From assembly GCF_006345805.1 (NCBI RefSeq), contig NC_043022.1, positions 17,422,001 to 17,486,000 on the forward strand: a stretch of 64,000 nt of DNA, written 5' to 3'. This document shows, in pieces, positions 1 to 13,500 of this stretch. A program made the position numbers and the translations under genes. This DNA comes from Octopus sinensis (taxonomy: Eukaryota). Within the stretch, counting starts at the first letter, position 1, and each line of letters starts with the position of its first letter. The notes below the pieces were generated by a model. The model was not told the DNA's origin and did no database searches. It was given only the letters and a program-made list of their open reading frames with translations.

Positions 1-90
1 TATATACATACATATATACATACATATATATATATACATACATATATACATACATATACATACATATATATATACATACATATACATACA

Positions 91-125
<35 letters not shown>

Positions 126-542
126 GTACATACATACATACATACATATATATATACATACATATATACATACATATACATATAGATATATATACATATA
201 TGTATATACATACATACACATACATATAGATATATATACATATATGTATATACATACATACACATACATATATATACATACACATACATACATATATACA
301 CATACATACATATACACATACATACATATATACATACATACATATATACATACATACATACATATATACATACATACATACATATATATATACATACATA
401 CATATATACATACATACATATATATATACATACATACATATATACATACATATATACACACATACATACATACATATAACACACATATATATATATACAT
501 ATATATATATACATATATATATACATATATATATATATATAC

Positions 543-587
<45 letters not shown>

Positions 588-606
588 TATATACATATAT
601 ATATAC

Positions 607-639
<33 letters not shown>

Positions 640-1023
640 CACATATATACACATATATATATATCACATATATACATATATATATATATACACATATATA
701 CACATATATATAAACACATATTATAAAAATTATTTGATATGTGTATATATATAACACATATATACACATATATATATACACATATATACATATATATATA
801 CACATATATACATATATTATATATACACATATATACATATATTATATAATACACATATATACATATATATATATATACACATATATACATATATATATAT
901 ACACATATAACATATATATATATATACACTATATACATATATATATATACACATATATATATATATATATACAACATATATACATATACATATATATATA
1001 TATATATATATACATATATACAT

Positions 1024-1057
<34 letters not shown>

Positions 1058-1188
1058 ATATATATATATATACACATATATATATATATATATACACAAT
1101 ATATATATATAATATATCTATATATATACACACATATATATATATATATATATTACATATATATAATATATATATATATACACACATA

Positions 1189-1223
<35 letters not shown>

Positions 1224-1251
1224 CATCTATATATATATATAATATATAGAT

Positions 1252-1293
<42 letters not shown>

Positions 1294-1334
1294 TATAGGC
1301 AATCGTTGCTAAACCCTTATGCTTAGTATATACA

Positions 1335-1417
<83 letters not shown>

Positions 1418-1462
1418 TATATAATATATACATATATATATATACATATAATATATATATAC

Positions 1463-1501
<39 letters not shown>

Positions 1502-1564
1502 TATATATATATATTATATATATACATATATACTATATATTAATATACATATATATATATATAG

Positions 1565-1625
<61 letters not shown>

Positions 1626-1686
1626 TATATTATATATGTAATATATATATATATACACAATATATAATATACATATAGTAATATCA

Positions 1687-1717
<31 letters not shown>

Positions 1718-1770
1718 TATATATATATATATATATATTACATATATATATATATATATATAAATATTAC

Positions 1771-1841
<71 letters not shown>

Positions 1842-1857
1842 ATATATATATATACAC

Positions 1858-1888
<31 letters not shown>

Positions 1889-2043
1889 TATAATATATAT
1901 ATATATATATACATATATATTATATATATATATATATATAATATACATATATATAATATATATAACATATATATATATACATATATATATATACATTATA
2001 TATATATATACATATATATATATTACATATATATAATATCTAC

Positions 2044-2094
<51 letters not shown>

Positions 2095-2571
2095 CACACA
2101 TATATATATATACACATATATATATATACACATATATATAACCATATATATATACATACAATATAATACATACATATAATATACACATATATATATACAT
2201 ACATACATATATCATACATACATATACATACATACATACTTATACATACATTATATACATACATACATATATACATACATATATTATACATATATATACA
2301 TATATATATATATACATATAAAATATTATTTGAGACAAAACCACTATTTTGCAAAACAAACAAGGAAAGACTTAATCAATACATAAAATTTAATATATTT
2401 ATTAAATTTTATGTATTGATTAAGTCTTTCCTTGTTTGTTTTGCAAAATAGTGGTTTTGTCTCAAATAATATTTTATAATATTTTACTATAAAATTGGAT
2501 TTAATCCTAAATCTGATTTTTTTTCCCTGTAAATTTGGATATATTCCCTAATATTTATTATTTATATATAC

Positions 2572-2602
<31 letters not shown>

Positions 2603-2608
2603 CATACA

Positions 2609-2648
<40 letters not shown>

Positions 2649-2826
2649 CATTATATATATATTATACATATATACATATATATATATACATATATATATA
2701 GATACATATAATACATATACATATATATACATATACATATATTACATATATATATATAACATATATATATATACATATATATATATACATATATATATAC
2801 ATATATATATATACATATATATATAC

Positions 2827-2872
<46 letters not shown>

Positions 2873-3023
2873 CATATATATATATACATATTATATATAC
2901 ATATATATATATACATATATATCATATATATATACATATATATATATACATAATATATACATATATATATATATACATGATATTATACTATATATATAAT
3001 ACATATATATATACATATATATA

Positions 3024-3058
<35 letters not shown>

Positions 3059-3310
3059 CAGATATATATATATTATATATATATAACACAATATATACCT
3101 ATATATATATATACATACATATACTACGATATATATATAATACATACATATATATACATATATATATATATACATACCATATATTACATATATATATATA
3201 CATACATATATATACCTTATATATATACATAATATATATATATATATAACATATATATATCATATATACATACATATATACATATAAATATACATATTAT
3301 ATATATATAT
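1..3310. repeat. Compound (TA)n/(TACA)n microsatellite tract
   Basis: Directly visible, with small non-TA islands at about 1297-1327 and 2321-2560. Confidence 0.98.
2317..2478. repeat. Perfect inverted repeat, 78-bp arms with a 6-nt spacer
   Basis: 2317-2394 is the exact reverse complement of 2401-2478; the spacer is atattt. Confidence 0.95.
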
Positions 3311-4020
3311 TTTATTTTATTTAGTTTCAGCTCACAAGCTGTGGCCATGCTAGGGCACTGCCATTTGGTTTGCTACATGATTTTACTTCACGAATGCTTT
3401 TTAGCAAATGCCATCTGATGCATGAGAGAGTTTGATGCAGCTGCCCTCATCTGCAACTCCTGCCGTGAAGTTGGTTCATCTGGGACACCTGACAAGAAGA
3501 GATCCAGTTTCATTTTAAAGACATCTGCATCCACTCCATGCAGGTCTCTTAGGTTCTTCGGGAGGATATTGAAGAGCTGTGGGCCTCGGAAGCCCAGGCT
3601 ATCACAGTATCTTGTCCTACATCTTGATGGCAAATTTGGAGTCCTTGGCACTATGCAGTGGTGCCCAGTTCTGGCATTTGTGTAACTCTCGATGCCAAAG
3701 TTTGGGACAAGTCCTTCTAGGATCTTCCAGATGTATATTATGGCATATCTTTCTCACCTACGCTCTAAGGAATAGAGTCTCAATCTCTTGAGTCTTTCCC
3801 AATAGCTTATACGCTGCACAGAGGCTATCTTCTTCGTGTAGCTTCGTTGGATCACCTCAAGTTCTGTGATTAACTTGACACTGGATGGTGACCATAGCTG
3901 AGAGCAATAGTCAAAGTGGCTTAGGACAAGTGTCCTCCAGAGGACCATCATGGTTTCCTGGTCTCTTGTTCTAAAGGTTCTAAGAATCCATCCGGTCAGC
4001 CGCCTACATTTCATTGCCAA
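3311..4020 (-). mobile_element. CR1-clade (Zenon-like) LINE, 3' end
   Basis: ORFs read LVLSHFDYCSQLWSP...YWERLKRLRLYSLERR and SLGFRGPQLFNILPK...KLDLFLSGVPDEP, the C-terminus of a CR1 RT. The tail ends in (taaaa)n. Confidence 0.88.
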
Positions 4021-4287
4021 TTTACCAGCGTCGCTTCACTGGCACGTGTAAAAAGATTCGACTGAGGTCATTGCCAGTACCGCCTGACTGGCCCCCATGC
4101 CGGTGGCACATAAAAAGCACTCACTACATTCTCGGAGTGGTTGGCATTAGGAAGGACATCCAGCTGTAGAAACTCTGCCAAATCAAGATTGGAGCCTGGT
4201 GCAGCCATCTGATTCGCCAGCCCTCAGTCAAAATCGTCCAACCCATGCTAGCATGGAAAGCGGACATCAAACAATGATGATGATGAT
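4021..4287 (+). mobile_element. RTE-LINE 3' tail / RTE-tail SINE ending in (GAT)n
   Basis: Contains ggttggcattaggaag...catccagctgtagaaac...catgctagcatggaaagcggac...gatgatgat, the same tail found on the RT-bearing RTE copies in this window. Confidence 0.85.
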
Positions 4288-5253
4288 ATTTCTGTAGATG
4301 AAGCCATGATAGGCTATAAGGGCAGAGTACATTTTCAGCAGTACCTGCCTGCTAAACCTACTAAATGGGAGATCAAGGTATAGGAAGTTTGTGAATCAGA
4401 GACTGGATATTGTGTAAACTGCGATGTTTACACAGGTAAAAAATATAATGGAAACAGACCATTTGGATTGGCACATGATGTAGTATCGTCTTTTACTGAA
4501 ACATTTCACCATCAGTACCAACACCTCTATTTTGACTGTTTCTTCTTTTTTCCTTCAGTGACTTTTGTAGAAAATCTTGCCCATGTAAGTACTTACACAT
4601 GCAATACTGTTATGGGAAACTGTAAGGGTTTTACCCTGTGAAATGAAAGCAAAATTTTAAAAAAAAAGGGGGACATCTTACAAATGCAAAAAGAAAATTT
4701 ATTAGCTAATGCTTTCAAAGACAAAAGACTGATTTTATTTCTGTCTTCTAATGAACAACCTGGTGTTGGTGCTGAGGAGAAACCCCTAGTGAATATTTGT
4801 TATAACAAATATATGGGTGGCTTGATAAATCCAACCAATATCGGGCATATTACCCAGTTGGTCGACCTGGGAAGAAATGGTGGAGGTACATTTTGTGGTT
4901 TTTAATTAATTTAACTATAGTAGATTCATATATTGTACATGTAAAAAGCCACAAGGTACCTCCACCACCAAAGGACTACGACCATTTAATATTGCATCTC
5001 AGATACGCGAGTGCTTTTCTTCTAGAAAGTACAGAACTGGAAGAAAAGCAAAATTAACTGAGGCTGATGTCAACAGAAAAAATATTGACTTTCATAAAGT
5101 CGAAAAGATACATGGAAGAAAAAGTTTGCGGACTGTGTTTGCTGCCAAAAAGAAAAAATGCAAAAGGGTATCAAATTGAGACTTTGTATATGTGCTCCTT
5201 TTGCAAAGTTCCATTGCGTAAAGGGTGCTTTGAGCAGTTTCATGACAGAAATA
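4288..5253 (+). mobile_element. piggyBac transposase remnant (catalytic core and Cys-rich C-terminus), pseudogenised
   Basis: Reads ISVDEAMIGYKGRVHFQQYLPAKPTKWEIKV*EVCESETGY, then LYFD, YNKYMGG, GRPGKKWWRYILWF and CGLC...IETLYMCSFCKV...CFEQFH. Contains stops and frameshifts. Confidence 0.9.
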
Positions 5254-6817
5254 TCATCATCATCGTTTAACGTCTGCTTTCCATGCCAGCATGGGTTGGA
5301 CGATTTTGACTGAGCGCTGGCGAACCAGATGGCTGCACCAGGTTCCAATCTTGATTTGGCAGAGTTTCTACAGCTGCATGCCCTTCCTAATGCTAACCAC
5401 TCCGAGAGTGTAGTGGGTGTTTTTTACATGCCACCGGCATAGGGGCCAGTCAGGCGATACTGGCAACTACCTCACTCAAATCTTTTTACACATGCCACCA
5501 GCACAGGTGCCAGTAAGGCGACGCTGGTAACGATCACACTCGAATGGTGCCTTTTATGTGCTGCTGGCACGGAAGCCAGTTAGCCACTCTGTCAACGATC
5601 ACACTCATATGGTGCTCTTTGCACCCCGCTAGTACGGATGCCAGTCATTGAATGTGATTTTGATTTCACTTGCCTCAACAGGTCTTCACAAGCAGAGTTT
5701 AGTGTCCAAAGAAGGAAAAGGTACGCATAAGTGGGCTGGTTATGCTCCTGGCATAGGCCATAAGTTATGGTGTCATTTAGCTTGCCGGGTCTTCTCAAGC
5801 ACTGCATATTTCCAAAAGTCTCGGTCACTAGTCATTTCCTTGGTGAGGCCTAATGTTCGAAGGTTGTGCTTCACCACTTCACCCCAGGTCTTCCTGGGTC
5901 TATCTCTTCCACAGGTTCCCTCAACCACTAGGGTGTGGCACATATTCACACAGCTATCCTCATACATTCTCGCCACATGACCATACCAGCGCAGTTGTCT
6001 CTCTTGCACACCACATCTGATGCTTCATATGTCCAACATTTCTCTCAACATTTCTGTCGAGTATGCACACTGACATTACACATCCATCGGATCATACTGG
6101 CTTCATTCCCTACAAGCTTACGCATGTTCTCAGCAGTCACAGCCCTTGTTTCACTGCCATGTAGCCTGGCTGTTCGTACACAAGCCTCATACAGTCTACC
6201 TTTTACTCTCAGCGAGAGGCCCTTTTTCGCCAGCAGAGGTAAGAGCTCTCTGAACTTTGCCCAAGCTATTCTTATTCTAGCAGCTACACTTTCAGCGCAC
6301 CCACCTCCGCTACTGACTTGGCCACCTAGCTAATGGAAGCTATCAACTACTTCTAGTTTTTCTCCCTGGAATGTGGCGGAAGTTGTTCTCTGCGCATTTT
6401 CACTGTTTATTGCTCCCCCCAATTAGCCTTCCTTTGATATTAGTGCACTTCTTATGTGTCCATAGCTTACACTGGGTACATCTTATCGAGTTTCTACCTA
6501 CGCCTCTACTACAGATTGAGCAGGGCCATATACCTGAAGGGATTTGTGGTTTACCTGCCTTCCTACATATTAGGACTTTGGTTTTAGCTAGGTTGATTCT
6601 AAGGCCCTTCGATTCTAATCCTTGTTTCCACACTTGAAACTTCTCTAGTTCTGATAGTGACTCAGCAATTAGAGCAAGGTCATCAGCATAGAGGAGCTCC
6701 CAGAGGCATCCTGTCTTGAATTCCTCCATTATTGCCAGGAGGATTATGATAAATGAGAGGGGGCTGAGGACTGAACCTTGGTGGACACCTGCCTCTACCC
6801 TGAATTCTTCAGTGTAC
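5254..6817 (-). mobile_element. 5'-truncated RTE-clade LINE (RT C-terminus, 3' UTR and (GAT)n tail)
   Basis: Reads WELLYADDLALIAES...GLRINLAKTKVL and RQLRWYGHVARM...GRDRPRKTW...WKYAVLEKTRQAK*, contiguous with the tail. Confidence 0.92.
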
Positions 6818-7534
6818 TAACTATATTATTTTATATATTCCTTTTTATTTTATTATAAATAATATGTGAAAGTGAGAAATACATATTAATTTTCAGTATG
6901 TTACACACCTGATGTCACCTTTATCTCACCTGAGCTTTTTTTTTTATTAGATGCATTGTTATGTAAATAAATTCGCTAAATTGTATAAGAGTACATAACC
7001 GATGGTATATTGACTAGTAAAATAGTTTTGTACTTTATTTTCAATGAAAACAATTGCATGAAATATAGAAAAAGAATAAAATCTTGTGCCAGTTACACCT
7101 GTATTTTAATTAATTCAAATTAATGTACCTCATCTTGAAAAATGTAAAATTGTTGGCAGTTGACAGCTGGGATAATTTTAGTAACAAATCAAACAGGTAA
7201 GATCTATTAAGAAAATGAATTTTAGGGTTTATTTATAATGTTATTGTTTTAACACCTGTTAATTAAATTTACCTGCCCATGAAAGTCAAATTTAATCAGA
7301 AAGATCAGCTAAAATTACATAACTATAAACCACTGGCATATAAGCAGCCATTTACAAAATTTCAAATCTGTATGTAGAAAATTAACAAAGTTACAAGCAA
7401 ATATTGTGGCCACCCCTCTTGAACTTGAATAAATCAAAATGAATGTGAAGAGATAAGCATTACATTTGATAGATTAATGTGAAGAGTGAAGGGTTAATTG
7501 ATATTTTCAGTCATAAATTGAAGAAAAAACTCAC

Positions 7535-7599
7535 TTTGAAAGGTGGGATAGGAGGCCCAGCAAGAAAAGGCACCCTCCCACATCTTTTTACCAGTTCAC
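7535..7599 (-). CDS. GIGYF2: GIGYF coding exon 12
   Basis: Encodes GELVKRCGRVPFLAGPPIPPFK, comparable to vertebrate GDIMKMWGRVPF. ttttcag acceptor, gtgagt donor, 65 nt, phase 1 to 0. Confidence 0.93.
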
Positions 7600-10500
7600 C
7601 TGAAAAGAGAAGAGGACATTCAAGTAGCAGCACATATTGCAATATTGTTGGCAAATCAGTTCACACCTTTTGGCTCTACTACAAAGAGAAAAGTTCAGAA
7701 AGAGTTTCAGGCATAACCTGAGAGACATAGAAGTGAATGGATTTAACAATGAACCATTGCTAAGCTTTCCAAATTATAAGAGCAATTGTAAAACAAAAGC
7801 TGATAGAATGAGTTATAAGACTATCGGTGATGAAGAAGATAAAGGCAGACATGGTGATAATCAGCTTTAGATTTTTAATCCTAATCAATGTATTCTATTC
7901 TCTTTTCAGAACTAGGGAGAACAATAGTGGCCAGTGCTTATGAGGAGATGGAGTAACTTTGGAGATTCTTTCCTTCAGTAGTATTTTTAACTGTTGTAAA
8001 GTGAAGGAGGTGGAATGGGGAGAGGCAATGACAATAGTCTCAAGCAGTAGATCAAGTGTTGAAAGTAGATGAGAGAGTTAAAACTAATACAGTACAGATG
8101 CTGGTTGGATATAACACGAACCCATAAATACCACATTTCTATTGAGCTAATTGCAAGAGAAGTTTCTAGCTAAAATCTAAATTTGCATTCATGAACCTGG
8201 AGTATGTTTTTGATGTGATTACATGCTTTGAAGTTAGTACTGAGAAATTGTGAAATATATAGCAAGATTAGTAACAAGTTAGAGGAGAATTTAGCGAATA
8301 AGTGAGTTTACTAGGCTTCTGTCACAAGTTTCCTATTTATTATAGTTTTTTTGCTTAACCCTTTCGTTACTATATTTCTGACCAAAATACACCCCTCATG
8401 AGTTTCAATTAAATTCTAAAATAATCATGAATTTAGGCTTGTTTCATTAAATAACTGTAACTTTTTTACTTATCAACATATTAAAGTGATATTTGGAACA
8501 TAATTAAAGAAAGGGTTCTTAATCAATTCTATTGCATAACTTTTGTCTCAAAGTGACTTTAATTACAGGTAAATCCAGGTAAATTGAGCAAAAGGTAAAA
8601 ATATTAAAATTTTGTTTAAACATCACCATAGAAAATGAATCATCAGCTAATATTCAATTGGGTATGCAACAAAATTTTGATAAAGAAGAATTGTGCACAT
8701 CACTAGATCATCAGTTGAATTTAATGCACAACAGGTGTACCATAAAGGTGGAATAAAGTGAAATGCTGGAATCCACCGCAAGTTTGACTGAACTAAAGAA
8801 ATCAGTCAAAAAAATAATATACGGCCCTGGTTATGGTATGGAAGTGATAAATTCCAGACAACATCGTTCCCTAGGCCATGCTGACTAACATTATTTTCCC
8901 TGTATAAAAACTAAATCCACGCAGTACCCAGTATTTGATTCACAAATTTTCTGAAATTTGAACCCCCATTTTGTGTTCGTTTACATTCTGCGTAAGCTTG
9001 TTTCCGCAGTGATCGCTTCAAACAATAACTTCCAGACCACATCGTACCCTAAACCATGCTGACTAACATTAGTTTCCCTGTAAAAAAACTAAATCCACAA
9101 CAGTACCCAGTATTTGCTTCACAAATTTTCCAAACTTTGAACCCCCATTTTGTGTTTGTTTACAATCTGCATAAATTTGTTTCCGAAGTGATCACTTCAA
9201 ACTAGCATACTGAAAAAAATAAAAGTCTAATGGTTTCACTTCCGAAGAAAGGCTATAGATAAACTTTATCTCCTCAGAAAAATTGTTAATAAAAACATTT
9301 TTAAAGTTTTTTACTTCATTCCGATGTAAAATCGTCTTTGCTGTCGCCATCGCCGCTTTGTTTCTTCAGAATCGCTGCTTTCATTTTCAGATAAAAAAAT
9401 ATCCTATTCATTATTTTGTACACCACGTGCTTTAGTACCTATTTCATTCTTTTTCTCGATATCTCCCTATTTTCCGTTGGAAAAGCTTTAAATTCGGAAT
9501 CAATGCTTGATAACATGAAACTCCTATCCATTTTCAAAGTTGAAGAAAAATCGATGCCGAAAAAAATGTGGAAAAAAAATCTCCCAAAATTCACTGAGTT
9601 GAGATATCACGTCAAGCAATGTCGGATACTATAAGCCAACTATTTACAAAGTGAAATCGCATGTTTTAACGAATGTACCAACGAGATTTGGGTTCAAATT
9701 TACATTTAAATAACAATAGGTTCTCTCGGCCGGGTTGGTATTATGAACCAAAAACTTTTTCGGCCAGATACGGCCGGGTTAAGGAAGCAACCAGAAAGAC
9801 CTTGAAAACTTATATAATCAAAACAGTTCCCTTTACATTGTATGCTGAAGAGCTGCAGCTCCCAAACTTCAAAAAGTGTTCTAGATTCCACAGCCTGAAA
9901 AGTCAACTTGGCAAAGATTAGGTGACCTTGTTTTATATGAAGAGAAAGTAAATTATTTAGTATTGTGGAATTCAAACAATGGATACATAAAAATGCAATG
10001 GTCAGAGAAGCAGATCTTAACTGCTAAATATAGAAGAAGGAATAACAGTAAGAGCATCATCATCATTTCACATCAGTTTTCCATGCTGGCATGGGTTGGA
10101 CAGTTTGATAGGAGCTGGTAAACTAGAGAGCTGCACTAGGTTCTAATTTTTGGTTTTGGCAAGGTGTCTGGTTGTATGCCCTTCCTAACACCAACTGCTT
10201 TACAGAGTGCATTTTTATATGAATTTATCAGTTCACAAAGTGATCAACTATGAATCACAGCATTGATAATATAGTAGCAAGAATAAAAATCAAGTGGAAA
10301 GGTTTATCTTAGTGAGCAACAAAGATATTTTCTGTCTTTGGAGAAGGTAGCCTGTGTAAAGAATATAATGCTGCATGTTAATAAGTGATGAGTATTGAAT
10401 ATGGAATAGCAATTAAAATTTAAAAGAAGCCAGCATGCTTTATGTTAATCAACATGAAGTGTAAATCAAATGAGAGCAAAGAGGAGACTGAATAGAATGC

Positions 10501-13500
10501 AATAGTAATGCATGCATTTACATAAATAAGTGATGTAAATGGTTGAGTGTTGGGTTAAAAGGTATTATGTGAAAAATACCCCATGGTATCAGAAGAACAC
10601 AAAAGATATGGAAAGAAACAGGGAGTTAGAGCTTTAAGAGTGCTGGATTTGACATAAAGAATAACAAAGGATGAAATCAAAAGACAATATATGTGTATGT
10701 ATGCATGGGAATGTAAAGGTTCTGCAATAAATTGTATGCAGAACTTATGCCAGCAGGGAGAAATATCTAAGGAGGAGATGGTTATGATGATTTAGACTTT
10801 GAGGAAAATAATTTCTTAAAATGGGATTTGGTCAGAAATTTTGAAAGGTGCAACAGAGTGAAGCTGACCCAATATATTACTGGTATTGTTGATTTTAGAG
10901 GGGAAAAAAAAACAAAAGGATTTTTTAAAAAAATGTTTCTGGTTTCAATTAGGTAGAAAGAACTTTGCAGGTATCCAACCCCAGCTCAGATGTTGATGTA
11001 ATTCATGTTGAAGTTGAACAGTTGCAATTCAGTGTCTGTGAAATAGAAGTAACAGTAGGTTTGCATCCTTGAGAGAAAAAATTGGGAAACTGGTTAGTGG
11101 GGCCTGGAAGAAGAGACACAAAATGTGTTACAAGATGCGAGATAGATGTTGGGTGAACCTGGGTGAAAGCAGAGGCATAGCAAAACAAGAGATGCCAGGG
11201 GCCCTTGCTCCCAGATGCAGGTGTAAAGGGGGAACAAAATTTCTTCAGGCCTTCCATGCCTATTAAGGTGGAAGGTGGGGATCAAATGTGTCTATCCCTA
11301 GGGACAGAGCTGAGATCGATAGAAAAGGCAATGGAAACTGTATATTTTGGCTAAATACTAGAATGTGTTGCTAAGTTAGTGCTTGCCAATCACCTTCATA
11401 GCTTTAATTTGAGAATGTTTTCATATGTAGCAGCAACTTGTCCCTTATATGAGAGTAGTATTCAATTGTGGGTCTCTGTCAAAGCCTCGTAAAGTCAATA
11501 GCTGCACAGAGCTGAAATATTATCTGGCTATGAAGAAGAAGACTTTTCTGTAGGATGCAATTTTTGGTCCTCATTCACAGGACAAGAATCAGGTGTAACC
11601 CATAGAGTGGTCTAGCCACGAGATTTTTGTGCCAGACATAACCAAATGCCTTGCTGATGGCTAGCATAACAATGTTTTCAGTGATTTTCTCGAGATAGAA
11701 GGGCAATTCATATGTGAGATAAGAAAACAAGTGCCAAGTAGAACTGGCTCTACAGAAACCATGCTGGCAGTCATTTAGTAGGGAAAGAGATTCAAAGTGT
11801 TCCATCACTTTCGATATGTCAGAGTGAGAATGAAGAATTGAAACAAATATCACAGCTTCTCATCTTCCTCACCCATTTTTGTGCCTAGTTATATTATTAT
11901 GGTCCTGAAGGCATTAGCCATATAAATGACCATGGTGACTGGAATTGTCACTTGCCTCTTAATTTACAACAGAGTTCTCAAGAGTCTTGCTACCCAAAAT
12001 TTACTGTTCTAAGAACTTCAAACTAGAACAGAAAAAAAAAATAAATAAATACTCAGACACAGTTACTGTGAGATTAAGATACCTGTACTTATGGCCATAA
12101 AGCCATGAATTCAAATTTTACTATAACTACTGGCAATCCAGTATGTTAACGTCAACATGGCTGGAGTTCTTCAGGGCATATGTGGAAAGCATCTTTCTCT
12201 AGGAGTTGAAACCTGGATTGTGAAGAACAAACTTCAAGGATTCAGAACATTTCATATTGTGAAGAGCAAAGAGGAGATTTATGCACACATTCCAGCAATC
12301 TCTATTAGTGTTGCTCAAAGCAGAGCAGGCTTTGCAGGACAGTGCAATCAGGCTGAATAACAAGCCACATCATGTGTTGTATTTCGGAAATTTCAGTACT
12401 TTAATAAATGATTTAACTTTTCCACTACATTCATGCTATAGGTACGGATACACAACATGAGACCCTAAAAAAAGTTGATAGACAGAAAAACCATGTCACA
12501 AGAGGGTAAAATGCATCTCAGCTGCAGTCACTTCTGTACTATGCATCCCTTAGTGAATGTTCAAAACTTTTACTATTTGCCCCTGCCTTCTATATATATC
12601 AACTTTGATTGACCATAAACAATAAACTAAAATGAAAAAATAAAGAAACAATAATAAAAATAATCTTTAAATTCACTGTTCCTACCAAGAGGTTGGTAAT
12701 AATCATCACAGCTTCTTTTAACCATGAGTTTCATAGCAAAGTAACCAACTGAAAACCACTCTGACATCTCTTCTGTGGAAAATGGCCCTGAAGAAGGAAA
12801 TTTATAACTTAATACAGTCAATTTCAAAAGATAAGAAACAGGTATTTATATAAAATACTTTAAACATATCAAGAAATAAAAAAAAGTTTTAATAAATAAA
12901 CAAAAATTGTTGACAATTTTATCATTGGAGAAATGATCCAAAATCTGACAATTTGATTGTTCATTAAGCTACAAAACAATTAAAAGATTACAATTTTGAA
13001 TGCTCTTGTTTAGGCACAAATTCAAATTTATAGGGAAAAGAAATGAGATTTCATAACATCTATGCTTTTTCTGAAGGTCGTTAAGTCGATTGATTTCAAC
13101 TGACAAGTGATCCTTAGAAATTCTACCTTCACCCACAATATTCAAAACTGTATCAAATATACCAAAAATATCTAAAATCCAGTTGAAACAATGCTCATAA
13201 TAATGCAAATAGGGCTCTCATATAAGAACAACACCTGTATTCAAATTTCGCTGGTAACAAGGAAGCCAGCTTCTTCTTGTTGGACCTGCCAGAATAAGCA
13301 GACAAATCTCCTTCAAGCAAATCCTTACTATCTCAATAATTGGATAATGTTGTCCAAAGTATTCATAGCAAGACTGGAAGGTTATGGTTGGAATGTCTGA
13401 TTATATATAGTTTGCTTGATCAAGACTATTCTGGAGCTAAACAGCATTTTATACAGTATAGACAGGGGGTGGGGAGATACTAATTTTACAATCACTGGCC

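Noticed and set aside
1297-1327. 31-bp non-TA island (ggcaatcgttgctaaacccttatgcttag) with a 4-bp mini-hairpin
   Set aside because: Too short to assign; probably a residual fragment engulfed by microsatellite expansion.
124-3175. Long Ile/Tyr-rich ORFs in the ORF track
   Set aside because: They are translations of (TA)n/(TACA)n microsatellite, not genes.
7273-7308. Possible 36-nt phase-0 micro-exon (LIFLIKFDFHGQ) with CAG|gtaaat
   Set aside because: The peptide has no resemblance to the Q-rich region that follows the GYF domain, and the acceptor is weak. It cannot be supported without RNA data.
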